DNA from: an uncultured Gammaproteobacteria bacterium
Lineage (GTDB): Bacteria; Patescibacteriota; Patescibacteriia; UBA1558; GWA2-36-10
Direction: 5' to 3'
Assembly (NCBI GenBank): GCA_964633905.1
Contig: CAZWIT010000004.1
Location: 9,336-73,335, forward strand
Length of the DNA: 64,000 nucleotides
Position 1 is the stretch's first letter. Each line of letters starts with the position of its first letter. This document shows, one piece after another, positions 35,844 to 45,334 of this stretch. Below the pieces are notes generated by a model that was not told the origin of the DNA, made no database searches, and was given only the letters and a program-made list of their open reading frames with translations. A program made the position numbers and the translations under genes.

Positions 35844-37571
35844 TTAATCTTTCACTTTGCTCCAAACTTCATCAATAGAGGTGATTCCTTCTAAAGCTTT
35901 GAGTAATCCATCTTGTAACATAGTAATCATACCGTTAGCTATGGCCATTTTTTCAATTTCATATTCAGAGACATTACCAGATAGGATAATTTTTTCAATT
36001 TCCGGTGACATGACGAATATTTCATAAATACCAGTTCGGCCTTTGTAGCCTAAATTATGGCATTCGTTACAACCGGTAGCACGATAAAATTTTAAATTAT
36101 TCAGGTCAGTAGATGTTTGGCCTGATTCTGGTTTAATTAATTTTAGGGTATTTAAGATATCGGTCATTTTAGTATTATCAATCGTGTTGTCTTCTGTTTT
36201 GCAGTGAGGGCAAAGTTTGCGCACTAAGCGTTGGCCAATAATAGCATTAAGAGCAGGCGCTAGTAGAAATGATTGTACTCCCATGGCAAGTAATCTGGGA
36301 ATAGTAGCGGCCGCTGAATTGGTATGCATACTGGTCAGCATTAAGTGGCCAGTTAAAGCAGCGTTAATAGCCGTGTCGGCTGTTTCTAAATCTCTGATTT
36401 CACCAACCATAACAATGTCAGGATCTTGGCGTAAAATTGCCCGTAAACCTTTGGCAAAAGTATAGCGGCTGGCACCTTCTTTTTCTTTATCCTTATTGAT
36501 TTCAGAATTGCTTTTATTTTCAACTTGACTTTGGACTATGCCTGGTAATTTATATTCAATTGGGTCTTCTAGAGTTATAATTTTAGTTTCTGGCTTATTT
36601 AATTTATTTAAAATTGCATAAAGGGTAGTTGTTTTACCAGAGCCAGTAGGGCCAGTGGCTAAAATCATGCCGTTAGGTTTACTCATCTGGTTTTGCAGGT
36701 CATTAAAAGATTTTCCGCGTAAACCTAAAGCCTCAAATTGTAGTCCAACGCTAGAAGAGCGTAGTAAACGCATAACAATACTTTCACCATAGGCTGAGGG
36801 GATAATAGAAACACGGACATCCACTTTATCTTTGGACATGGATATGGTAAACCTGCCATCTTGGGGTTGATTGCCGATATTTAATTTTAGCTGGGCAAGT
36901 AGTTTGATACGGGAGTTTAGTTTTTCCCAAGAATCAGAAGCAAGACTTAGAGCGTCATGTAACACACCATCAATTCTAAAACGAATTTTTACTTCTTTTT
37001 CTTCAGCTTCAATATGAATATCGGAAGCAGAGAATTTTAGGCCAGCGGCAATGATTAAATTGATAGTTTCAGTAAGGCTCGTTTCAGCTACTAATTTATT
37101 TAAAGCATCAAAATTAGTTAATTGCTCATTAAATTTATTTAAATTTTCTTCGCTAATATTGACCCCCTCAATTTGGACGATGGTAGGTATTTTAGCGTAA
37201 ATTTTAAAAGCGTATTCAAAACTATTTTCCGAAATTAAATAAATTTTAACATTAGCATGATGAACATCGGCTAATTCTTTTGATAAATTAGACACCTGTG
37301 GGTTTTGAGGGTTCAAAGAGGCTAAACGGATTTCTTCTCCAGTATATAAAAAGCAGACTGTTTGTAAATTTTCAGCCATGGTTTGAGGAATTAGCTTTAG
37401 AGCCTCTTGAGAAACGGGAAATTTATCTAAATTAATATAAGCCACTCCTAATTGTTGAGCTTTTTCTTCAACTTCTTTTTCTTTTTCTTTAAGTTGAATG
37501 GCTCCCAATTTTTGTTTTAGATTAGCAGTTGTTTGTTCGTCAAAAGTTGGTGATTTGGCTAAATCGTCCAT
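35844..37571 (-). CDS. Second type IV pilus/type II secretion ATPase paralog (PilB/GspE family)
   Basis: 575 aa. Walker A GPTGSGKTTT, His box, CPHC…CNEC tetracysteine motif. Collinear with, but clearly diverged from, pilB at 14770. Confidence 0.85.
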   Translation of the reverse strand: MDDLAKSPTFDEQTTANLKQKLGAIQLKEKEKEVEEKAQQLGVAYINLDKFPVSQEALKLIPQTMAENLQTVCFLYTGEEIRLASLNPQNPQVSNLSKELADVHHANVKIYLISENSFEYAFKIYAKIPTIVQIEGVNISEENLNKFNEQLTNFDALNKLVAETSLTETINLIIAAGLKFSASDIHIEAEEKEVKIRFRIDGVLHDALSLASDSWEKLNSRIKLLAQLKLNIGNQPQDGRFTISMSKDKVDVRVSIIPSAYGESIVMRLLRSSSVGLQFEALGLRGKSFNDLQNQMSKPNGMILATGPTGSGKTTTLYAILNKLNKPETKIITLEDPIEYKLPGIVQSQVENKSNSEINKDKEKEGASRYTFAKGLRAILRQDPDIVMVGEIRDLETADTAINAALTGHLMLTSMHTNSAAATIPRLLAMGVQSFLLAPALNAIIGQRLVRKLCPHCKTEDNTIDNTKMTDILNTLKLIKPESGQTSTDLNNLKFYRATGCNECHNLGYKGRTGIYEIFVMSPEIEKIILSGNVSEYEIEKMAIANGMITMLQDGLLKALEGITSIDEVWSKVKD

Positions 37572-37671
37572 ATTTTTTAGTTAAATTATAGACTAATTAT
37601 ACTTTTCTAAGTCTTATAAGTCAATTTACCCTGCATTTTTTGGGTGCAGGGTAAAATTTGGAGTTTATTTT

Positions 37672-38652
37672 TTAGCGAGTCATATGAGGAAAATGTTTTT
37701 GCGCTAGGCGGTGGATTTTACTATGACTAGGAGTCTTGCTAGTGAGACGTAAAAAGATATTAGACCATAGTAAATTGTAGTAAGCACCGTAAAAAGCGGT
37801 AGCAAATATTAAAATAATAATACCAATTAATGATCCTAGGCCAACCATGATCCAAGCTAAGTTTTCATTGCCAGCGGCGATAAAGGCGGTAATAACAAAA
37901 GGCGTGAAAACAGTAAAGATAACAGCCAGCATGGCAATAAAATAAATAATAGTTGTGCCAATAATGGCTAAAGCGCTTTCAATAGTAATTAGCCAATTAA
38001 TTTTGAATAAATACCAGCCATTAACAAAGGCGCTAAACACTGCTTGATTATAGACTACAATATAGCCAATGCTATAACGAGTTACAAAAGAGATAATAGC
38101 AATTAAAGGTATTAAAACAAAGAAAATGATTATTAACAATAAGAGAAAATAAATTACGCCACCTTTTATTGAAGCAATGCTTATTAAGGGTTGGATGATG
38201 AAAACCAAGAAATAGTAGCTAACTAATAAATTGATTAAATTAACACCAAGTACTGGCCAAAATTTTTCTAAGCCTATTTGCAAACTAGCGTTGAATTTTG
38301 GATTTGAACTTTTATTGTTTTTTTGAGATTGCCAAGCGCTATGCATCAGTGCTGCTTGAGAGGAAATAGCAATAATCACTACGGCTGTGAGTATAATAAA
38401 TAGACCGAGTAAGGCAAAAGTTAAATTCAGGTTAGACCAATTTAAGCTAGCTCTCGTAATGGTGGTAAATGTTTCCCACCAACCAGTTACAGAAGAACTT
38501 AAAAGAGTTGGACCTGGGTTTTCAAAGTCAAAGGCAATTTTAATTTCATTAAATCCCAGTAGCGAGGCAAATAAACCAAAGAAGAGCAAGTGCAGATTTT
38601 TTTTAAGTAGTTGCCAAGCTTGACCGTAAATTTTACGATAAAATGTATCCAT
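37672..38652 (-). CDS. Polytopic membrane protein (hypothetical)
   Basis: 326 aa, about 8 predicted TM helices. No recognisable family. Confidence 0.5.
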   Translation of the reverse strand: MDTFYRKIYGQAWQLLKKNLHLLFFGLFASLLGFNEIKIAFDFENPGPTLLSSSVTGWWETFTTITRASLNWSNLNLTFALLGLFIILTAVVIIAISSQAALMHSAWQSQKNNKSSNPKFNASLQIGLEKFWPVLGVNLINLLVSYYFLVFIIQPLISIASIKGGVIYFLLLLIIIFFVLIPLIAIISFVTRYSIGYIVVYNQAVFSAFVNGWYLFKINWLITIESALAIIGTTIIYFIAMLAVIFTVFTPFVITAFIAAGNENLAWIMVGLGSLIGIIILIFATAFYGAYYNLLWSNIFLRLTSKTPSHSKIHRLAQKHFPHMTR

Positions 38653-38829
38653 ATTTTTATTTTATAATTTGATTTTTATTTAAAATATAAAGAAATCTCA
38701 ATTAACTATATTATACAATATTTTAGAGAAAAAATATATACCCTAGTTTAAAGATTATTTTATAATTAGTAATAGCATTAATAAGCAATATTTAGTATAA
38801 ATATTTTTTGATGGCTAATTTTGATTTTA

Positions 38830-39840
38830 TTAAGTAAGTTGCAAAAAAATGAGACGATAATAATACGAATAAAAATAAAAGTAGTGAGGATATTTAAAAT
38901 TAATTCGATCATAAATAAATAAGTAGTAAAAAATGTAAGGTATAATATGAAAACAATACATAATAATGCTATATTGACGATATTTAAGGGAGTCAAATTT
39001 ATGTTTTGGTTCGAATTTTTGTAAAAATAAAAATAGTGATACAGCAGCTGGCACTAACAATATAGACATATTATAATCATTTTTGTGTGGGTAGTTAATC
39101 TGCAGGTAAAGAAGAGCTATTACCTCTATCAGAAACAAAAAAATACTTATTAAAAATATTTTAAATAAAGAGTAGCTTTTCATTAATATTTGTTTTTTGG
39201 CATACCAGGCTCCTAGGGACACAAAAATTAAACCTTGCAATAAGCGCGTGTTATTTTCTTTAAATATTGATCTAAGGAAGCTAATTAATGGTTCTAGTGG
39301 TGAGTTGGCGATTAGAAAAAAATAAGCATCTCCTATAATTCCTATGAAGTAAAAAATTATAGCAAGACTCAGAAGATATTTAAGTGGTATTTTTTTAATT
39401 TTTATTATATAAATAGTCGTAATAGAAATAATCAAGGCAGGGAAGAACCATAGATGGAAATGACTACCCCAATAAATAAAATTTATCAAATAGTCACTGA
39501 TGATACTTAAGTAATTTTCAAAAGTTTTTGGTGAGCTGTCGATTAGAGGGTAGATTAAATCATAGGGAAGATAGATAATTGTCCAAGCTAAATAAATAGT
39601 TAGTAATCTTTTAAGGTAGCTAAGGTATATTTTTTTGGGTTGATTTTCATTTTTTATTTTTTTATAGAAAAAATAGCCAGCTACAATAAAAAAGAAAGGC
39701 ACAACTAAGCGGCTTAAAAAATTAATAATAACAAAATTTAAATTAGGTGATATTTCGTATAATGAAGATGTATGATTAGCGATAATTAAAATAGAACCAA
39801 GATATTTCATCAAATCAATGCTTTGAATATTTTTATTCAT
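38830..39840 (-). CDS. Membrane acyltransferase (acyltransferase-3/OatA-like family)
   Basis: 336 aa, about 10 TM helices. N-terminal IDLMKYLGSILII…H…RLVVPFFFIVAGYF pattern typical of acyltransferase family 3. Confidence 0.55.
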   Translation of the reverse strand: MNKNIQSIDLMKYLGSILIIANHTSSLYEISPNLNFVIINFLSRLVVPFFFIVAGYFFYKKIKNENQPKKIYLSYLKRLLTIYLAWTIIYLPYDLIYPLIDSSPKTFENYLSIISDYLINFIYWGSHFHLWFFPALIISITTIYIIKIKKIPLKYLLSLAIIFYFIGIIGDAYFFLIANSPLEPLISFLRSIFKENNTRLLQGLIFVSLGAWYAKKQILMKSYSLFKIFLISIFLFLIEVIALLYLQINYPHKNDYNMSILLVPAAVSLFLFLQKFEPKHKFDSLKYRQYSIIMYCFHIIPYIFYYLFIYDRINFKYPHYFYFYSYYYRLIFLQLT

Positions 39841-39906
39841 GTTTTATATTATCATAGCATTATAAAAAATATAACTCAAAATTTGAGCTATATTTTATCT
39901 TATTAA

Positions 39907-40341
39907 TTAATTTTGAGGCTTAGTTGACGAATGGTGGTGAACTATTTCCCATTCGCCAGCTTCATTTTTTTTCCAAACAAAGGAAAATCGAGCTTCGATA
40001 ACTTGTCTATTGTCAGGTGGTCCGACTTCAAAATCGTAAAGACCGGAATGCAAATAGCTATCAGGTCCTAATTCTTGAATCTCCTCAGAAATGATTTTAC
40101 CGCTAGGATTTTTTTCTAAAAAGTGGGTAAAATATTCGGCAGCTTCATTGGGCCCTTTTTTAAAGTCAGGCGAAACTGTAGGTAAAAAAGTAGATTCATC
40201 AGAGTAGAGCTTAGCTACTATTTCAGGATCTTTTTCTAATAAGGCAGCGCCCCATTTATCATAATTGTTTTTAGCGACTTCTTTGATATCTTTATTTTTA
40301 TCGTCTAATAAAGTTGCTGGATTTTCAAAATTTTCAGGCAT
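39907..40341 (-). CDS. NTF2-like (SnoaL/DUF4440-type) domain protein
   Basis: 144 aa. alpha+beta cone pattern ending …EARFSFVWKKNEAGEWEIVHHHSS typical of the NTF2-like fold. Confidence 0.45.
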   Translation of the reverse strand: MPENFENPATLLDDKNKDIKEVAKNNYDKWGAALLEKDPEIVAKLYSDESTFLPTVSPDFKKGPNEAAEYFTHFLEKNPSGKIISEEIQELGPDSYLHSGLYDFEVGPPDNRQVIEARFSFVWKKNEAGEWEIVHHHSSTKPQN

Positions 40342-40359
40342 AGTTTTTTAATTTTTTAA

Positions 40360-40446
40360 TTATTTTTTATGTTTATCTTCTTGAACACCTAGATAAACAG
40401 CTATTGCAACAATAATAATAAAAATTATAAATATTAAGGCTAGCAT
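40360..40446 (-). CDS. Candidate 28-aa single-TM micropeptide (MLALIFIIFIIIVAIAVYLGVQEDKHKK)
   Basis: ATG 4 nt after the upstream gene's TAA (TAAATG) and stop 18 nt before the next gene's start. Hydrophobic helix plus a basic tail. Below the ORF-track size cutoff. Confidence 0.25.
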   Translation of the reverse strand: MLALIFIIFIIIVAIAVYLGVQEDKHKK

Positions 40447-40449
40447 TTA

Positions 40450-40821
40450 TTATTCAATTTTTGGTGTACAAGCTCTATAAATTCCCCAAACTGGATCGCC
40501 TAGTACTAGACCGTTAATTTTAGTACAGTCTTCTTTGGTTTTTACATCGCTATAAATTATTTCAAGACTGGCATTATCAGGGCAAACATCGGCGCATTGA
40601 TAAGCTTCTACTAAAGTAAGGCCATTTTCGGCGTATTTACCTAGTATTTTAGGGTAAGTACTTTCATCAACTGTTTTAGGATCTACTTTTTTTAAGTTTT
40701 CTATAGCTACTTTTAATTCAGCATTGCTGATAGCGCTAGCTTTTTTATAAAAAAAATAAGCAAGGCTTAAAATAAGTGTCAGGGCAATTATTGCCACGAT
40801 AATTAATTTAGTTTTTTTCAT
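40450..40821 (-). CDS. Small secreted/anchored Cys-containing protein (hypothetical)
   Basis: 123 aa. N-terminal TM/signal anchor and 4 Cys in the C-terminal part. Confidence 0.5.
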   Translation of the reverse strand: MKKTKLIIVAIIALTLILSLAYFFYKKASAISNAELKVAIENLKKVDPKTVDESTYPKILGKYAENGLTLVEAYQCADVCPDNASLEIIYSDVKTKEDCTKINGLVLGDPVWGIYRACTPKIE

Positions 40822-40882
40822 ATTTTTAATTTTTTATTATTTTAGATAGCTATTGAAATTATAGCTTAAATAATGAATCAGG

Positions 40883-40927
40883 TAAATAAAAATCCCGCCC
40901 AGTCGCGTTTAACGCGGCTGGGCGGGA
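40883..40927 (-). terminator. Rho-independent terminator downstream of ftsH (minus strand)
   Basis: tcccgcccagtcgcg-tttaa-cgcggctgggcggga long GC stem. The minus-strand read has TTTTTATTT after it. Confidence 0.65.
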
Positions 40928-40943
40928 TATGGTTGATGTTTTT

Positions 40944-42752
40944 TTAAGCCATTAGAGCTTCAAATTCAGCTTTTTCAATAGTTTCTTTTTCTAGTAACAT
41001 GGCTACTATTTTTTCCATTTTATCTTTATTGCTTTTTATAGTAGTCTCAGCAGTTTTTAGAGCAGTTTTAATATAATGGGAAATTTCTTCATCAATGGCT
41101 TCGGCTGTTTTTTCACTATAATCACGACGTTCATGAATTTCTTTGCCTAAGAAAACCATTTCTTCTTTTTCGCCAAAGGTGCGGGGCCCAAGTTTTTCGT
41201 CCATACCATATTGGGTAACTATTTTTCTGGCCATTTGGGTGATTTTTTTCAAATCATTAGAAGCACCAGTGGTTACTTCATTAAAATATATTTTTTCAGC
41301 CGCATAGCCACCTAATAAGACAGCCATGTTATCGATAAAGTCAGAGTAGCTTTGCATTTTTTTATCTTCATCAGGCAAGTTGATAGTGTAGCCAGCCGCT
41401 CTTCCCCTAGAAATAATAGATATCTTATGCACTGGATCAGAGTGTGGTAAGAGGTGAGAAATTAAAGCATGGCCAGCTTCGTGATAGGCAGTAATTTTCT
41501 TTTCCTTTTCAGATAAGATATGACTTTTTCTTTGACGGCCTAACATTACTTGTTCTACTGAATCTAAGACTACTTGGTTATCAATAGTTTTTTGATTATG
41601 TTTAGCAGTGTGAATAGCAGCTTCATTAAGTAAGTTAGAAAGATCAGCACCAGAAAAGCCAGGAGTACGTTGAGCTAACATTTTTAAATCAACTTCAGGA
41701 TTTAAAGGTTTATTTTTAGCATGAATTTTTAAAATAGCTTCGCGGTCTTTGACGTCTGGCAGGTCGATTACTACTTGGCGATCAAAACGTCCAGGACGCA
41801 AGAGGGCAGGATCTAAGACGTCTGGTCGATTAGTAGCAGCAATAACAATAATATTAGTTTGATTATCAAAGCCGTCCATCTCTACCAAGATTTGGTTTAA
41901 GGTTTGTTCACGTTCATCGTGAGAGCCGCCAAGTCCTGTGCCACGTTGGCGACCGACAGCGTCAATTTCATCAATAAAGATTAAGCAAGGCGCAGCTTTT
42001 TTGGCTTTTTTAAATAAATCACGAACTCGGGAAGCGCCAACACCCACAAACATTTCCACAAATTCAGAACCAGAAATATGAAAGAAAGGCACTTTAGCTT
42101 CACCAGCCACAGCCCGAGCCAGCAGCGTTTTACCAGTTCCAGGTGCGCCTAGGAGTAAAACTCCTTTAGGTATTTTGGCGCCAACGGCAATATATTTTTG
42201 AGGGTGACGTAAAAAATCAACAATTTCTTTTAGGTCTTCTTTAGCCTCATGAGCGCCAGCAACTTCATTAAAAGTAACTTGACTACCTTGATTGTTAGCA
42301 AGCTTAGCGCCACTTTGGCCAAAGGTCATGGCTCTGTTATTTACGCCTTGTACTTGGCGCATCATAAACCAGATAACTGCTAGGATAATAAGGACTGGTA
42401 ATAAAAATGGTAAAATTGTGGACATAAAAATGCCAGAATTTGGTTCATCACTTACCTTGATATCAATAGCGCTGATTTTTTCTGGGGCAACAGTATAATT
42501 TTTAAGCAAAGTACTTAAAGATTCGTTGATTTCTTTTTTAGCAAATTCTTTATCGTTGTTTTTTAAAGTAATGTCTAATTTGTTGCCAATGACATTAATT
42601 TCTTTAACCTCATCACTATTAATCTGCTGGACTAATTTAGCTATTGATACTTCGCTAGTTTTTTTATTACTAGCATCAAAAAAGCTAAAAATAGCGCCAA
42701 TCATGACTAAGAGTAAAAAAAAGATGCCGATTTTTTTGAGTATGTTAAACAT
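40944..42752 (-). CDS. ftsH: ATP-dependent zinc metalloprotease FtsH
   Basis: 602 aa. Two N-terminal TM helices, AAA+ Walker [12 protein letters not shown], and HEAGH zinc motif. Confidence 0.95.
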   Translation of the reverse strand: MFNILKKIGIFFLLLVMIGAIFSFFDASNKKTSEVSIAKLVQQINSDEVKEINVIGNKLDITLKNNDKEFAKKEINESLSTLLKNYTVAPEKISAIDIKVSDEPNSGIFMSTILPFLLPVLIILAVIWFMMRQVQGVNNRAMTFGQSGAKLANNQGSQVTFNEVAGAHEAKEDLKEIVDFLRHPQKYIAVGAKIPKGVLLLGAPGTGKTLLARAVAGEAKVPFFHISGSEFVEMFVGVGASRVRDLFKKAKKAAPCLIFIDEIDAVGRQRGTGLGGSHDEREQTLNQILVEMDGFDNQTNIIVIAATNRPDVLDPALLRPGRFDRQVVIDLPDVKDREAILKIHAKNKPLNPEVDLKMLAQRTPGFSGADLSNLLNEAAIHTAKHNQKTIDNQVVLDSVEQVMLGRQRKSHILSEKEKKITAYHEAGHALISHLLPHSDPVHKISIISRGRAAGYTINLPDEDKKMQSYSDFIDNMAVLLGGYAAEKIYFNEVTTGASNDLKKITQMARKIVTQYGMDEKLGPRTFGEKEEMVFLGKEIHERRDYSEKTAEAIDEEISHYIKTALKTAETTIKSNKDKMEKIVAMLLEKETIEKAEFEALMA

Positions 42753-42810
42753 AGGGATATTAATTATTTATCTTTATTTTAGCATTCTTTAATTAAAAAG
42801 AGTAGAGTTT

Positions 42811-44028
42811 TTATTCAGATGCTTTTTCAGTTTCAGCTTTTATAGGAGATTCTTTTGGCTCTTCAGTTTTAGCTGTTTCAGTCTTGGTTTCAGTTTCGGC
42901 TGCTACTTTTTTTTCAGTTTTTTCAGCCTTAGCTTTTAAAGATAAACCTAAACGATGATTTTCTGGTTCAATGCTCAAGATATAAAAATCATATTCGTTG
43001 CCAGCAGTGATTAAAGCTTCTGGACTGTTAACTTTTTTATCACTTAATTCAGAGATATGAACTAAACCATGAATATCTTTATCAAGCTCAACAAAAGCAC
43101 CAAAAGGATTTACTTTCAAGACCATGCCTTTTACTTTTTGGCCTACTTTATAACGTTCACTGACCTTAATCCAAGGATCTTTTTGTAATTTTTTGATAGA
43201 TAAAGAAACTTTTGTATCTTCGATTTCAATGATTTCGGCTTCTACCGCATCACCAACTTTGATAATATCACGTGGGTTATCAATACGTTGCCAAGCTAGT
43301 TCAGAAATATGGACCAAGCCTTCTAAATTTTCACCAAATTCTACAAAAGCACCAAAATCAACTACGCCAGTAACTTTACCATTGATTTTATCACCTACTT
43401 TATATTGAGAAATAGCTTTCTTTTGTTTATCATCCCAAGCAGATTTTTCGGAAACAATTAATTTTTCGTCTTTTTCGTTTAAATCAATAATTTTAGTACG
43501 TAAAATTTGATTAACAAAGCTTTTTAAGTGTCCTAAAATTTTATTTTTATCGCCACCTTCAATGCGGGGATAATGTTCGATAGTAAGTTGAGAAACAGGT
43601 AAAAAGCCGATAACATTACCAATTTTGATCATTAAACCGCCTTTATTAGCATCGATAACTTTGCTATCAACCACTTTGCCTTCTTTATAATATTTTTCTA
43701 ATTGATCCCAAGCTTTTTTATGGCCAGCTTCACGAAGAGATAATTCCATATAGCCATTTTCATTGTCTAAACCAATGACAGTGGCTTGGATTTCATCGCC
43801 AATCTTTAAGTTAGAAAATTCACTGGATTCATCGTAGACTTCGCGACCACGAATAATACCGGTAGTAATACCGGCTAAATCTAGATAGATTTCATTTTTG
43901 GAGACACTGATAATAGTACCTTCAACCAAGTCGCCAACTTTAGGAACTTTGATATCAGGTGATTTTTGCAAAAGCAAATCCATAGGATGATTGCTAGTGC
44001 TAGGGCTAGGAGTTTGATTTTTTGTCAT
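42811..44028 (-). CDS. rpsA: 30S ribosomal protein S1 (four S1 domains)
   Basis: 405 aa. Repeated S1 OB-fold signature (G.V.G.V..I...G.FV.L) four times, plus an acidic/charged C-terminal tail. Confidence 0.85.
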   Translation of the reverse strand: MTKNQTPSPSTSNHPMDLLLQKSPDIKVPKVGDLVEGTIISVSKNEIYLDLAGITTGIIRGREVYDESSEFSNLKIGDEIQATVIGLDNENGYMELSLREAGHKKAWDQLEKYYKEGKVVDSKVIDANKGGLMIKIGNVIGFLPVSQLTIEHYPRIEGGDKNKILGHLKSFVNQILRTKIIDLNEKDEKLIVSEKSAWDDKQKKAISQYKVGDKINGKVTGVVDFGAFVEFGENLEGLVHISELAWQRIDNPRDIIKVGDAVEAEIIEIEDTKVSLSIKKLQKDPWIKVSERYKVGQKVKGMVLKVNPFGAFVELDKDIHGLVHISELSDKKVNSPEALITAGNEYDFYILSIEPENHRLGLSLKAKAEKTEKKVAAETETKTETAKTEEPKESPIKAETEKASE

Positions 44029-44382
44029 TTTTAATAATAAATATTAGCCTAAGCTGCTTAAATTTGAGCTCAAGCTCCTAAAAATTTGTTAGTTTTTAGG
44101 ATGTTGATTAATAAAATTAGCTGCCTTAGATTAACATAAATGCTCAAAAAAATCAAGGCCTAGCCCAAAAGCTATTTTTGGCTAAAAATTAGCTCTAAAA
44201 AATATTGAAAATTTAATGACAAGCTTAATTTTTTATCTGCTTTTAGCCTAAGTTTTAATTTGCTTAAAAAGTACTATTTTACCCTTAATTATCAAGGAAT
44301 TTTTAGACTTTTGGGGTTTGATTTTTGTCTTATTTTATGTTAAACTAAAAGCGTTTTAATAGCTTAAATTAGGAGATTTATT

Positions 44383-44988
44383 ATGGTAATTTCATGGCAG
44401 GGTTTTAACTATTTTCGCATTCAAAATAGTCAACAAAGCATTGTTTTTAATCCTTATAGCTTGGATAATACTACTAAATACGGTAAAGCCAAGGGGGATA
44501 TTGTGATTTTTTCTAATGCTAAAGCAGTGGCTGGCGTAAAAATAGACGAAGAGTCTTTGGTAGTTGCGGCTCCAGGCGAATATGAGGTTAAGGATATTTT
44601 TGTTTATGGGCAGGCTATTAATGGCCAAATTATTTATTTAGTTATTTTTGAAGGTATTAGAATTGCTTTTTTGGGGGAATTTGCTCACCAAGAATTAAGT
44701 GATAAGGATTTAGAATTAATTGAAGGGGCCGATGTTTTGATTTTACCGGTTGGTGGTGGTGATTTAACTACTGCTAAAGAGGCTAGCAAAATTATTAGCC
44801 AAGTAGAGCCGCGCGCAGTTGTGCCTAGTTGTTTTAGTACTAAGGAATTAAAATTTAAAGCTGACAGCGTTGATGCTTTTATCAAAGAATTTGGAGTAAA
44901 AGCCGAAAACATGGATAAGTGGAAAATTAGTAAAAAAGATTTACCTCAAGATGATGTTAAGTTAATTGTCTTAGAGCCGCAGTTATGA
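44383..44988 (+). CDS. Metallo-beta-lactamase-fold hydrolase (UPF0173-like)
   Basis: 201 aa. MVISWQGFNYFRI… resembles the MKITWLGHSAF start of UPF0173 MBL-fold hydrolases. Confidence 0.6.
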   Translation: MVISWQGFNYFRIQNSQQSIVFNPYSLDNTTKYGKAKGDIVIFSNAKAVAGVKIDEESLVVAAPGEYEVKDIFVYGQAINGQIIYLVIFEGIRIAFLGEFAHQELSDKDLELIEGADVLILPVGGGDLTTAKEASKIISQVEPRAVVPSCFSTKELKFKADSVDAFIKEFGVKAENMDKWKISKKDLPQDDVKLIVLEPQL

Positions 44989-45320
44989 TTTTTTTCAGTC
45001 AAAATAAAAACAAATTTTTTGCTTTAGTTGTTTTAACAATAATATTTACGAGTTTTATTGTTTGGCAATGGTGGCAGCTAAAGCCTTGGGGAGAAAATCT
45101 CGGTATTGTAAAAAATAGTTTTGATTTTCCAGAGGCTAGCAGCACTAAAGCAGAAATACAAAATAGTTGGGAGCTTGGCAAGATACAATTAGAGAATTTA
45201 AACAAAGCCTTGCAAAGGGAACAACAAGAAGCAGAAATAGTAGATTTTACTAAAAAATATTTAAATAATTTATCATCAACAACCGCTAGTACTACTTTGA
45301 GTACTACTACCGTTGAATAA
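44985..45320 (+). CDS. Hypothetical protein with N-terminal TM anchor
   Basis: 111 aa. Overlaps the upstream stop by 4 nt. Low-complexity Ser/Thr C-terminus. Confidence 0.45.
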   Translation: MIFFSQNKNKFFALVVLTIIFTSFIVWQWWQLKPWGENLGIVKNSFDFPEASSTKAEIQNSWELGKIQLENLNKALQREQQEAEIVDFTKKYLNNLSSTTASTTLSTTTVE

Positions 45321-45334
45321 TTTTAGAGCAGTTT

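Noticed and set aside
38778-38996. 72-aa minus-strand ORF overlapping the 3' end of the acyltransferase gene
   Set aside because: Alternate frame within the 336-aa membrane protein ORF.
44029-44382. 354-nt AT-rich intergenic region between rpsA and the MBL hydrolase - considered as oriC or an sRNA locus
   Set aside because: There are no DnaA-box-like TTATCCACA repeats and no dnaA/dnaN nearby. The short repeated words (agcctaag, gcttaaa) are within chance expectation. It is most simply a divergent promoter region.
44392-45205. Minus-strand ORFs of 78, 75 and 68 aa
   Set aside because: Antisense to the MBL-fold hydrolase and the following gene. Shadow ORFs.
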